DNA of 64,000 bases, taken from assembly GCA_002269645.1 (NCBI GenBank), contig NIVC01000772.1:68510-132509 (forward strand), written 5' to 3'. The notes beneath the pieces were generated by a model, which did not search any database, was not told the DNA's origin, and worked only from the letters and a program-made list of their open reading frames with translations. Position 1 is the first letter of the stretch; each line of letters begins with the position of its first letter. Made by a program: the position numbers and the translations under genes. Source of the DNA: Macrostomum lignano (taxonomy: Eukaryota). Shown here one piece after another: positions 21,747 to 33,964 of the stretch.

Positions 21747-24274
21747 GCTGTTGTTGTAGAGGTCCATCACTACAGAGATAAGAGCCGGGGGGATGCCAGA
21801 GTGCTCGAGCAGCTACGCGATCGCGCGCCGGCACACTGAGTGAAAAGCTTTGCAGAAGTCCACAAAGACAATTGACAGCTCTTTGGTGAGTTTTACAGGC
21901 CTCGACGACTGCTTGAAGGGCTGCAATCTGCTCTGTTGTTGAGCGGCCGGGCCTGAAGCCACTTTGGAGGCTCAGGATCATTTGGTTGAGGCCAGGCAGC
22001 AGCCGATTATGCAGCATAGCATTGAGCAGCTTAGCCAGAGTGCATTCCAGAGCGATGCTGCGTTGGTTGTCCAGACTGGTGGATGCGCCCTTCTTGGGGA
22101 TGGAGACGATCTTAGAGGTGCGCCAGTTGTCAGCAACAGTAGCATCTGGGTTGCCTCCAAGCAGACAGTGCTTGTTGAGCACAGTTGTGATGTCCTGTGT
22201 CAGCTCCGGCAGCTTGAGCACCCTGGGTGGAATGCCATCTACTCCGGCGGCAGCGTTGAGGCGCATGGTCTTAAGCACTTGGCTCACCTCGTAGGCAGTC
22301 AGCGGGCCAGAGTTGAAAGTCGAGGGCTCAGCCAGGGTAAAGTTTTCGATCGGCAGCAAATCAGCAGAGGGTGGTGGAGCGTTGAGCACATTGTGGTAGT
22401 GAGTGGCCAGCAGGGCTTTGCGATGGTGTATGGACTCAGCACCTACAGCGGCATTGGCCCTCTGCTTCCTGCCAGTCAGGCGGTTGATGGCATGCCAGGC
22501 CGCTGTGTGCCGGCAGTTGTCTGTTGCTAGTTGAATTTCAGCAACAGCCTCCTGGACAAAGGCTTCAGTCCTCTGGGCATGTGTGTCGCATAGTTGGGCT
22601 CAAGCTGTTTCAGCATGCTCACTGTCTTGGCCAAAGACTGTGGTTGTTCTTTGCACGTCGCGCCTAGCGATGGAGATCTCCTCGTCAGAGTCCCAGAGGG
22701 CTTTTGGCTGGTGCGGTTTTCGTTTTGGGAGGATCAAGGATCAAGGCAGCTTTCTCAACAGCTCTGGTGAAGGCGTCTGCCAATTCATTCAAGGCCGGAG
22801 TAGCATTTTGCAGCTTTTCAATGAACGCACTGCGCGTTCAACAGCAAAGCCTTTGTCCAAACCAGCGATGGCCCAACTGAGGACTTCTGCACCAGCTCCG
22901 GAGTCCTCCAAGGTGACACGTTGGCCCCTCTGCTCTTCATCCTTGTTGTCGACTACGTGCTGCGCCGAAGCCTCACAGAGAAGACAGTTACCTGCTGGCG
23001 TCACGCCGGAGCTCCTGCCGCGGTGCTGCCCCTTTGCTCGCCCTTGCATATGCCAACGACATCGCCCTGCTGTGCTGCAGTCTGACTGCCACCCAGAGAA
23101 CACTCTCGAGACTCTATGAGGAGAGTGCCCAAGTCGGACTGCAAATCAACGCATGCAAGACGGAGGTGCTGCACATGGACACCGATGCAGCACTAGAGGT
23201 CGGACGGGATGAAATCTTCGGGCGGGATCGGGATCGGGAATAATTTTTTTCTCGGGATCGGGATCGGGATCAGGATTCGGGAATCGGGATCAAGTCTTTT
23301 AGTGTATTGTAGCTTGTAGGTCCATATAAAGTTAAACAAAATTGAGCTAAAAATGTCAAGATCAAAAAGTAGAATACAACAAAATTGATGCAAAGTTTTG
23401 TAACCAACAAATTAATAATGTAATGAGTACAAGGTAAAACAAAATACATTTAAGTAATCACTAATTCTATAAATTTTTAAACAAAATACCTGTTCCCCTT
23501 TCTCGTGTTTTTTAGGGTCGGGATTCTAGTCCCGCGGGAATCCAATTTTCCTTGGGATCCCGAGATTTCGGGATCAGGATCGGGATCCTGTCCAACCTCT
23601 ATGCAGCACCAATCTTGACCCTACCAGATGGGCAAGTCATTTCAGTCTACAGAGACTTCTGATACCTGGGCTCCCTTGTGATGAGCCCTGACTCCATCAT
23701 TGCTGACCAGAGGTCACAGGCCTGGCGCGCAGCTCATCTCCTCAGGGAGGTCTTCAGCTCAGCTGCTAACAACAACCTGAAGATGCACCTGTTCCACGCT
23801 GCCATAGAGCCAATCTTCCTGTACGGACTGGAGGCAGTGCCAATGACCGACTCGAGGTCTCAAGCCCTGGACGCTGCCTACCAATCACTGCTGCAGTTCA
23901 CCCTTGGCATCCATTACCCAGAGCGGCTGCTAACAGATCTGCTGATGGTGAAAGCCTATGTGCTTCAGCTCAATGCCACCCTTCAATGGCGCTGGCTAAT
24001 GCTCATTGGCCACTGCCTTCGCAGCTATGGCAGAGGGGAGCAAAACCCACTGGCGCTTACCTTGCTGCATCAGCCAACTGAGTGTCTCCGATGGGGCCAA
24101 GGCCAGACTGCCACAATTATTGCCATGTTAGAGTCTGACCTACTAGCCATTAACCTAACCCCACAATCTGTCACAAACTGTTTTTCTTATCTTTTTTGCG
24201 AGTTTGTGCACACAAGATGCCTACTATAATCTTTGGGTCCTTATATATATAGATAAAGATATATATATATATAC
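21747..24274. mobile_element. Dead non-LTR retrotransposon (RTE-like RT), 5'-truncated with 5' inversion and 10-bp TSD
   Basis: Minus-strand part ~22835-21747 encodes the EN-RT linker and RT N-terminus (AWHAINRLTGRK, IVSIPKKG, QSGFRPGRST). Plus-strand part from ~22839 encodes GVLQGDTLAPLLFILVVDYVLR, LAYAND (YADD mutated) and F*YLGS. TA-rich tail. Direct repeat atattgtgat at 21737-21746 and 24275-24284. Frameshifts and stops present. Confidence 0.88.
23194..23601. mobile_element. Non-autonomous hAT-type DNA transposon (MITE, 408 bp) nested in the LINE
   Basis: TIRs tagaggtcggacgggat / atcctgtccaacctcta (15/17 match). 8-bp TSD tgcagcac at 23186-23193 and 23602-23609. Subterminal GGGATC repeats at both ends. 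No ORF. Confidence 0.9.
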
Positions 24275-25626
24275 ATATTGTGATAGTGTTAAAAGTATAT
24301 TAATAATAGACCTTGAGATATAGGAGCTACTTGTAGATAAGAAAAATACCATCCTATAACCATGTCCAAATTGGCATATTTATATCCCTATTGCAGTACA
24401 TGGCTTAGATGTACCAGATGTCTACCCTAATTGTGCCATGGTAGCACCCAAGGAAGATTGATACTGATAGGCAGATTAGAGAGGGGGAGCTTTGCTTTGC
24501 CATACTACACTGTGCCTCCTATTGCCTCCCACCACTTTGCCACACCATGCCATTTCTCCTGCTGCTCTCTTATTTGTAGTTTGTAGCAAATTTTTCTTTG
24601 TAAGGCCAATTTATTAATATTAACAATCACTGTTTGCTTATTTAGTTATTATTAAAATTATACAAGTAGACGGTAGTAAATAGTGAAATTTAAAAACAAA
24701 ATACAAATAGGTCTATAGCTAGGCTACTATCTAATAAGCCATACCAGTAAGTAAGAGTAGGCCTAAGTGAACCTAAAAATATTGTTTCATGTAAGAATAA
24801 ATTTTAAGATTAATAAGAATATCTAACTCATACAGTCATGGACATTGAAATGAAAGCTTTTAGTCACATATTAAAACTGGAGATGCAGTCTATCATAAAA
24901 ACTTTAGAGTCTTGCATATTAGACTTAGACAGTGTGTGTTTGTCAAGGACTTAAGTCGTCCTTGGTCTTGGAGTTATGCACCATATCGCCCATATGCCAT
25001 ATATGCAATGCGTCATCATACATAGTGCTCAATGCGACAAAGAGAGCCATCAGGGACCGATTTTTTTATAATTTTGGATAATTTCATTCAAAATGGACAT
25101 AAAAATCGACATGAATTACTTGGTTATTTATTACAATCGGACTTCAGCTGTAATAAAATTTGCAAATACAAGAAAAACACAACGTGCGTGTGACGTCCGT
25201 ATCAATTGCTTGATATGATGTTTTGACTTAATTCCGAGTTTTCTTAAAAAATCTGTAACAACAAAAACAAAAGCCTTCAATAAAACTTACTTAAAGAAGT
25301 GATTTGACAGTAAAAATAGCATATATGACTTCAAATATCTTAACTAAAATATATTACTATTTATTATGTTCTTTATTTATTGTGTGAAGACTCGAAAAGT
25401 TTTTGTATTTTTTTTAATTCAAAGAATAAACTAAGAATTCTTAGTTCGATTGCATGCATGTGTTCGGTCCCGAAATGGACAAATGAGACAAAATGTGACT
25501 GTGTTGGTGATTAAAGATCAAATTATTTATTTGAAATCACTTCAAAAATAATTTTAGGCCTTTTGGTGTGCCTTCTACTGACGTCATGCCAATAGTTAGT
25601 GTTGCCTTGGTGGATTTCAGTATAGA

Positions 25627-25648
25627 ATGTCATTAATTTGCGTCTGTG
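25627..25648 (+). CDS. unc-13: unc-13 first coding exon (MSLICVC)
   Basis: ATG TCA TTA ATT TGC GTC TGT G|gtaagt matches the Munc13 start MSLLCVG with its phase-1 intron. Confidence 0.85.
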
Positions 25649-26161
25649 GTAAGTCAGTTTTATTTTATTTAAGTAATTTTGGTGGATCCGATCCACCAAA
25701 ATCCAGCAAAATCCTGATTACTGCTTTCATATTTTCTAGCTAGTTTTGTCGTTTAAGAGTATATACTTCGTTTTATTAGCAATTCAATAATCACCGAGAC
25801 GTCAATAAAAATTATTTGTATAGTAAAATGAGACTGTAATGGCTAAACCTAAGGCCCTGTAAAAGTTTTAGGAGTGGAATGTATTCACTCCATAGCTTCA
25901 GACTATAAAAGAAGAGTTGAACCACATTATCATATTCTGAATGCCTTTCTAATTAGCTATTGTTAAATTTATGAATATCTTTTATTGTAATTCTCAAGCT
26001 GGATTTCTGAGCTATTAACAAGATAACTCTTTTAATTAAAAAAAGCGAGTTAGGTTTAGAGAATTTGCTGTTAATATTAAAACTAACGGTCCTGTCTTGT
26101 TTAATATTTTAATTGAAAGAGAATACACATACTTCAAATGAGAACTTGTATGTTATTTTAG

Positions 26162-26291
26162 TGAAAAAGGCCAGCATCGCTGGTGACGGGTCACAGCTCA
26201 ACACTTACGTCTGTCTAAAGCTGCAAAATGTAAAGTCCACAACAATCGCAGTGAAAGGATGCGTGCCTTCGTGGGAGCAGGACTTTATGTT
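26162..26291 (+). CDS. unc-13: unc-13 exon, C2A domain
   Basis: ttttag|TG...TT|gtaagt. VKKA...[31 protein letters not shown]. Confidence 0.93.
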
Positions 26292-26808
26292 GTAAGTATT
26301 GGAAATTTATTGCTCTAAAAGTGATGAATTTGGCTGCTCGATGCTATTAAAAGAATAAAAGTAAGCAAAGTAAGGATCTTGACGTTCAAATCTCAAACCC
26401 CAGAGCTGATCATTTCTGGCAGACTGCCCAGAATGGATACTCGTACATTCGCAGTTAAAATGCGCAGTTAAAAAACTGTTTGCCCAACAATTTTTACCGA
26501 GATCTTGACTTTGCTATTCATGACTTCGAAGTGGGCCTTCCGTTCTGGTTTAGTTTAATAATACCAGCGTAAGTTTCATTTGGCTGCAAAGCCAGCAGTC
26601 TGGGAATGATTGATAAGTTCGATTTCGTAACTTTACTAGAGTTCCCGAAATCCACATCACTGCTTCTCTCGCATTTTAATAAATGTGAATACATCAATAA
26701 CGTAATATCTGAGATAGCAGGCACTTGGCAATACAAAGTAGCACAAGCAGCTGTACACCCTGTCTACCCGCCTGTCTGCTTGCTATATGTCATCTTAGTG
26801 TCTGTGTA

Positions 26809-26809
<1 letters not shown>

Positions 26810-26857
<48 letters not shown>

Positions 26858-26860
26858 GCC

Positions 26861-26937
<77 letters not shown>

Positions 26938-26978
26938 GCCTGTCTGCCTGTCTGTCTGTCTGTCTGTCTATCTGTCTG

Positions 26979-27010
<32 letters not shown>

Positions 27011-27060
27011 CGTTTTAGTGTCTATCTATCTGTCTGTCTGTCTGTCTGTCTTAGTGTCTA
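26810..27060. repeat. (TGTC)n microsatellite
   Basis: Direct reading. Confidence 0.95.
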
Positions 27061-27679
27061 TATATCTGTCTCTGTGACTGTCTCACAACCCCAACCTGCA
27101 CCGCTCACTCCCTTCAGAGCACCCAACACAAGGCTGATTTCAGTGGTGTGACGACCTGTTCACTTAAAGCTACACGACTCAGAAGTCGCCCCCACACTCC
27201 TATTCTCCCACTCTCCCGCCCCTTCCATTCCCCCACCCACAGAAGCGGCAGTCTATCAATAGTCGCCTGAGTTCCTTTCATTCCCCAGCGCGCCCTGCTA
27301 AAGCCTGGCTGAGCTGTTTTGCGTGACGAAGCACTTTCCCAAATATATTGCCAGTCAGCTTGTAGCCAACCAAACTGGGACGCCTTGGAGGCTTGGCGCT
27401 CCTTATCCCTTTTCTGTTCCTCTCCTCCCTCTTCCCCTCAGCCTTCTCTCGCCACTCTGTCCCCGGACCTGGCAGTGCACAGGTTTGGCACATCTTCGCT
27501 CCCATTTTATTCCTTAACTCTCCCATCGGTGTAATTCCCAGTGTGTTATGAAAGTCCTTCAATACTCTTATTTTTCTCCATGCAGTGCTGTTTTTTTGGT
27601 AATTTCTGCCGGCTATTTACTCTGGATGGTATTTTAGTTGCTAATTGAGCATTGTAATGATCTTTGAAATCCAATTCTT

Positions 27680-28305
27680 GACACACGATTCCATTGACCC
27701 ACTTTTCTATCTGACACACGATTCCATTGACCCACGATTCTACTGACCCACGATTCAATTGACCCACGATTCAATTGACCCAGGATTCCATTGACCCACG
27801 ATTCAATTGACCCAGGATTCCATTGACCCACGATTCAATTGACCCAAAATTCCATTGACCCACGATTTGACCCACGATTCAATTGACCCAGGATTCAATT
27901 GACCCAAAATTCCATTGACCCACGATTCCATTGACCCACGATTTGACCCACGATTCCATTGACCCACTTTTCTATCTGACACACTATTTCATTGACCCAC
28001 GATTCTATTGACCCACGATTCAATTGACCCAGGATTCCATTGACCCACGATTCAATTGACCCACGATTTGACCGACGATTACATTGACCCACGATTTGAC
28101 CCACGATTCCATTGACCCACGATTCCACTGACCCACGATTCAATTGACCCACGATTTGACCGACGATTCCATTGACCCACTTTTCCATCTGACCCACGAT
28201 TCCATCTGACCCACGATTCCATCTGACCCACTATTCCATCTGACCCACTATTCCATCTGACCCACTATTCCATCTGACCCACTACATGTATACCATCTGA
28301 CCCAA
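27680..28305. repeat. ~16-bp minisatellite (cacgattccattgacc)
   Basis: Tandem degenerate copies. Confidence 0.9.
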
Positions 28306-28371
28306 AATTCGACAAACCTCCACTTAGACCCAGCTATAAGAAACACTTTAAACCATTGAAAATGCTTACAG

Positions 28372-28489
28372 CGAGGCCCACACTCTCAACACTGGGCTGA
28401 CAGCGGAACTGTGGAACAAAGGCGTGTTCTGGGACAGGATGCTGGGCTGCGCGTGGATACCGCTTGGCGAAGTGAGCGAGTCTGCCAAG
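28372..28489 (+). CDS. unc-13: unc-13 exon, C2A domain
   Basis: cttacag|C...AAG|gtaaca. GLTAELWNKGVFWDRMLGCAWIPL. Confidence 0.92.
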
Positions 28490-28561
28490 GTAACAAAAAG
28501 CTTTATTATAATTTACCAAATTTACCAAGTTTATAATTTTTTTGTTTCAAATAATTCCCAG

Positions 28562-28685
28562 GAGGGTCTCGGCCGATGGGTGAACATGGACAGCGAATAT
28601 GTGATTCACAGAGGTGCCATTGTGGGAACCCGCGGCCCCACAGACCACCGACTGTTGTTGGACATCCGCATGGAGCATGGATACG
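28562..28685 (+). CDS. unc-13: unc-13 exon, end of C2A
   Basis: ttcccag|GAG...G|gtgagt. EGLGRWVNMDSE...GTRGPTDHRLLLDIRME. Confidence 0.9.
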
Positions 28686-29079
28686 GTGAGTTGTTATTAA
28701 TTTTTAAGTCATACAACTTTACTGAAGCCATACTTGAATGGTCAAGCCGATCTGTCACACTCTCCATCAGCCAAGCGCTCATTTTGATGCAAAAAAAATT
28801 GATCCGAAAGAATTCGAAGTTAAAAATCGTCTGGGCTCGTCGAGGACCGCGGCTTCAACTTATTTCCGGGAACTGACCTATCAATAATCCAGCACTCTGT
28901 TTGATTTGCTCACTGAGTTCAAGTCCAGATCATTGAGCTGGATAGATCCTGGACAACCCCAGCTCTAACCCCATCAACGTTCACCCACTGACAGGAGCTT
29001 ATGAAGTAAAAAATTGAGACTGTCTGACTGTCTGTCCGGCTGTCTGGACTCCAGGAGTACTTTAGGTTCTGGGAGAAGT

Positions 29080-29126
<47 letters not shown>

Positions 29127-29199
29127 CTGGTGCACTTTTTATACTGATAATTCATGCACTAATAAAGTTTATTTGAAACTCTGATTTGTAGTGTCCCAA

Positions 29200-29480
29200 T
29201 CCTTTAGCGAGCCCCTCCACCCCTCCAAATCCTTCAGCAAGCTCCGCCACCCCTCCCGATCCTTCAGCAAGCTCCGCCACCCCCTCCCGATCCTTCAGCG
29301 ACCCCCTCCACCCCTCCCGATCCTCCAGCGAGGCCCTCCACCCCTCCCGATCCTCCAGCGAGGCCCTCCACCCCTCCCGATCCTCCAGCGAGGCCCTCCA
29401 CCCCCTCCAGATCCTTCAGCGAGCCCCTCCACCCCTCCCGATCCTTCAGCGAGCCCCTCCACACCCTCCCGATCCTCCAG
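29200..29480. repeat. 33-bp C-rich minisatellite
   Basis: ccacccctcccgatccttcagcgag... about 8 copies. Confidence 0.9.
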
Positions 29481-30079
29481 CGAGCCCCGCCTCCTCTGAG
29501 CAGTCTTTAAAAGTACTATTAACTCAATTGAATAATTTGACACGAATATTAAATATGATTTATCACGACAGCAGTAATGCTAACGATATGAAAAATTGAA
29601 TTCCCCTCTGCCAGAATTCTATTAATCCCCTGTTGCATTGGTGATCCCTTTCTCCCGTCTCGCTCCTCTTGCCTTCGAAGAGCAGGGCGATAATTATTCG
29701 AGGCACGAAATTCTCAAAGTCAGCAGCTTAGAGTCTCAGTGTCCCCCTCCTCAAGTCAGGGAGAGGTCCTTCGGCTCTTGACTCGGCTTTGAAATCAATT
29801 CTCTCGCACTGCTTTGCCATCGCTGCTCCCCCTATTTTGCCCAGTCTGGCTTATGAGAGGCATTTATTATTATTCCCTTTCTCTCGGGCTCGCTGCCCTG
29901 CCCTGCCCTGGGCCTGGGAACCGGCTTAGGGGCCGTGCCGCACTGCGAGAAATTGCTCGTATAGCCGCCCTCTCTTGCCCTCTCTTGTCTCCGTTGTCCG
30001 TTGCCCTGCCCTCTCTGCTTTGCTCCCTTTGCATCTTTTTATCTTGTAGGGTACAGCGAATCTTGCGTGACCTGACCGC

Positions 30080-30416
30080 TCTCTCTTCACCCTTTTTCTC
30101 TCTCTTTACCCTCTCGCTTTACCCTCTCTCTCTTTACCCTCTCTCTCTTTACCCTCTCTCTCTTCACCCTCTCTCTCTCTCTTTACCCTCTCTCTCTTTA
30201 CCCTCTCTCTCTTCACCCTCTCTCTCTCTTTACCCTCTCTTTTCACCCTCTCTCTTTACCCTCTCTATCTTCACCCTCTCTCTCTCTTTACCCTCTCTCT
30301 CTTTAGCCTCTCTCTTTACCCTCTCTCTTCACCCCCTCTCTCTCTCTCTTCACCCCCTCTCTCTTCAGTCTTCACCCCTCTCTCTCTATTCAACCTCTCT
30401 CTTTCTTTACCCTCTC

Positions 30417-30451
<35 letters not shown>

Positions 30452-30680
30452 ACCCTCGCTATCTTCATCCTCTCTCTCCACCTCTCTCTCTTCACCCCCT
30501 CTCTCTCTCTATTCAACCTCTCTCTTTCTTTACCCTCTCTCTTCACCCTCTCTCTCTTTACCCTCTTTCTCTCTCTCTCTTCACCCTCTCTCTCTCTTCA
30601 CCCCCTTTCTCTTCACCCTCTCTCTCTCTCTTCACCCTCTCTCTTCACCCCCTCTCTTTTCACCCTCTCTCTATTCACCC
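30080..30680. repeat. CT-rich degenerate repeat (ttaccctctctctct)
   Basis: Direct reading. Confidence 0.9.
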
Positions 30681-31779
30681 TCATTTCTCCTGTGTCTCAA
30701 TCTCTGCGTCAAATTCGTGTCCAATTTCCCTATACTCTCCAGCTTGCTAATTTCCTCCAGAGGACTCAATAAGCAGCGTGCTTTCCCAGGCAGAAGAAAA
30801 AGTTTTATACGGAGAGTTCGTGGGCAGGATTTCGCTGTGTGCTCTCTCTGTGTTGCATAGAGATGCGTATAAACAGGCCGCGGCAACACCGCCATGGAAC
30901 AAGATCGGCGCTCCTCGCCCTTTTCTCGTCGTTGGACCGGGGCCAAAGTCACGAATTATTCATCAAGGCGCTGCTCTCACCGCATTCATCCCCTGCATAC
31001 ACTCTACGTCTCTCCCCTCCCTCATCAGCATCTTATAAGCGTCATCTATTTTAGCAGTAACGCGCGCCCGGTTTTGAAAGTCGATCGTTTCTCGGCCGGC
31101 TGTCTTAGAAACTAAGAAAAAAACTTTTCGGAGGAGGCCTTGAGACTTCGCCATCTCCTCAGCTTCCTGTGTTTCTCTCCGCGCCAAGCCTCCCCATCCA
31201 GTGCTCTCCCTTCCCCTCTCTGCACCCTCCACACACACACAGTTCCGTCCCCCTGCGCCCCCCCATCGCAGCTCTGCCTCGCTCCTTTTTGTGGCTAAAT
31301 CGATTTTCCCAAGATGGCCGGCCCGGTCAGCTCAGGCCCCTCAGCCTATGGCACACAGCGAGAGTGCCTGGGCACGCACAGGGGGATGGCGAACTTGCAC
31401 TCTTGTCTGTGTCTCTCTCCCTCTGTGTGTGTGTGCGGCCCGAACTCTCACAGTCACATAACTTTCATTTCCCTTTCTCCTTTGTCGACCTCTGAGCCAC
31501 TGTTGGTTCATCGCGAGCCGCTTGTCACTGGTGTTATGAGTATTTTTAGCGTCTCTTTGTAGTGCAAATAAATCAATCAGGGAGAGGGCTAACTGTTCTC
31601 ACCTTCAGCTGAAACAATCTTGCTCCACTGCCTTTGCCCAATTCGTCACGGTTTCTTTATTCTCTGCAAAGAACTGTTGCTTCTTCTGCTCGACTGATGC
31701 GCACAGGCTCTGCGCAACTGACGCATTCAAGCTTTAATAATGTTGTCTTTTCTTGGCAGAATCCATTCGAATTTCTCGT

Positions 31780-32315
31780 GTCTCCTCTCGCCTCCTCTCC
31801 TCTCCTCTCCCCTCCTCTGCCCTCCTCTCCTCTCCTCTCCTCTCCTCTCCCTCCTCTCCTCTCCTCTCCTCTCCTCTCCTCTCCTCTCCTCTCCTCTCCT
31901 CTCCTCTCCTTTCCCCTCCTCTCCTCTCCTCTCCTCTCCTCTCCTCTCCTCTCCTCTCCTCTCCTCTCCCCTCCTCTACCCTCATCTCATCTCCTCTCCT
32001 CTCCTCTCCTCTCCTCTCTTCTCCTCTCCTCGCCTCTCCTCTCCTCTCCTCTCCTCTCCTCTCCTCTCCTCTCCTCTCCTCTCCTCTCCTCTCCTCTCCT
32101 CTCCTCTCCTCTCCTCGCCTCTCCTCTCCTCTCCTCTCCTCTTCTCTCCTCTCCTCTCCTCTCCTCTCCTCTCCTCTCCTCTCCTCCCCTCTCCTCTCCT
32201 CTCCTCTCCTCTCTTCTCCTCTCCTCGCCTCTCCTCTCCTCTCCTCTCCTCTCCTCTCCTCTCCTCTCCTCTCCTCTCCTCTCCTCTCCTCTCCTCTCTT
32301 CTCCTCTCCTCTCAT
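31780..32315. repeat. (CTCCT)n microsatellite
   Basis: Direct reading. Confidence 0.95.
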
Positions 32316-32835
32316 CTCAGCCAGATGTGCTCAGCCAGACAGCTCAAGGATTCCTCAAGGATATGGATTCCGACGCAATGCAAATATTATTATTGCTCTG
32401 AGAGACAAGTATCGCAGAGCTAAAACAGCTCCTCAGTTATCAGCCACTGTCTGCTTCCTCTCTACAGAAGAAAATTTCATTCAATGGCTCTATTACCGTG
32501 CGTCCTCTCGCCGATTGTGTGCTGGCTATAAATTAGAACAGCACCGCCAGCCTACCCTACCCTGCCAGCAGTGCCACAGTGGCCTCCGTGTCATTTATTT
32601 AGATTTTCTACATATCCTATTCACACATACAGAATTGTAAAATTCTGTAGAGACTGAGCTGCTGCGCCCCACTCACCTCCACTTCATCGGGATGAAGCCA
32701 ATTCTCGCTACCCGTGGCATTAAAATTCAGCTCTGTGATTAATTTCCCACTGCACAAATATGAGTTCCATATTTGAGCATGCTGGAGTTTTTTTCACCTC
32801 TTGGACTGCTAATGAATGCATTGTGTGGCCTGAAC

Positions 32836-33161
<326 letters not shown>

Positions 33162-33178
33162 CAACTTTCCCACTGCAG

Positions 33179-33240
33179 GGGCAGATCAGCATCAGATGCA
33201 GCTGCGCCTATCCCGGCTCAAAGCCTCGCGCGATGAAGAG
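33179..33240 (+). CDS. unc-13: unc-13 exon after C2A
   Basis: cactgcag|GG...GAG|gtaagt, phase 1 to 0. ADQHQMQLRLSRLKASRDEE. Confidence 0.75.
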
Positions 33241-33553
33241 GTAAGTGAGTCTGCTTTCAGCGAAGCAGGGCAGCTAGCAAGTTCCTTTGTTCTATTCGAT
33301 CTGAGTTTGAGACAAAATACAGAAGGCAGATAAATTTCGCCAATGTACTTTTGTATTGAAATAGCATTAGCGAGCGTTTCCAATATGTATCCACGCTCAG
33401 AACCCCGCCCGAGACTAATAATAGCATAAGCTAATTACCATATTTCCTCATTACAGCGGAATCATAGTTAGGGGGGATATTCTAGACTTGAGACTCCGCC
33501 ACCTCCCCCCCCTACGCCAACTTGCATCCCAACTAAACTGCTCCCAACTGCAG

Positions 33554-33783
33554 TGCATGAGCGAAGACTCGGACTACACAAGCGACTACAATCTGCCAAT
33601 GCATCATCAGCATAATTTGCCAGCGTTCCAGTATCGGTCTGAGCTGATGCTGCGGCAGCAGGGACTTCCCCCGGCAGCTGCTCCGCCTTCCTCTCTGTGG
33701 GCAGTGGAAGATCCGGAGCCGCTGTCTTATAATAGTCGGCCCCCTGGCTTGCCTGGCATCTACTCCACTCGAGGCCAGGGTGC

Positions 33784-33823
<40 letters not shown>

Positions 33824-33903
33824 CATCATCATCATCAGCAGCAGCAGCAGCAGTACTCTATGTACAGAGGCGGAGCTGCCATGGAGCCTGGGCGGTATGG
33901 AGA
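33554..33903 (+). CDS. unc-13: unc-13 linker exon (EDSDYTSD motif, polyQ/H)
   Basis: caactgcag|TGC...GA|gtgagt. CMSEDSDYTSDYNLP resembles the conserved Unc13 EDSDY motif. Confidence 0.8.
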
Positions 33904-33964
33904 GTGAGTTTTTCGACCTATGTTGCTGACTGCTTTCGGTTGTTGTATTAGCGCTCTTGATTTG

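Noticed and set aside
21724-24229. Active reverse transcriptase gene
   Set aside because: Inverted, 5'-truncated, frameshifted, has premature stops, YADD changed to YAND, and is interrupted by a MITE.
26300-27560. Short non-repetitive ORFs (26518-26736, 27278-27562) as transposase relics
   Set aside because: No recognisable motif, TIR or TSD.
30010-30070. Strong pyrimidine tract plus tag|ggtacag as an extra unc-13 exon
   Set aside because: No donor gives the phase-1 exit needed for exon 33179, and there is an in-frame stop soon after. Unresolved without RNA data.
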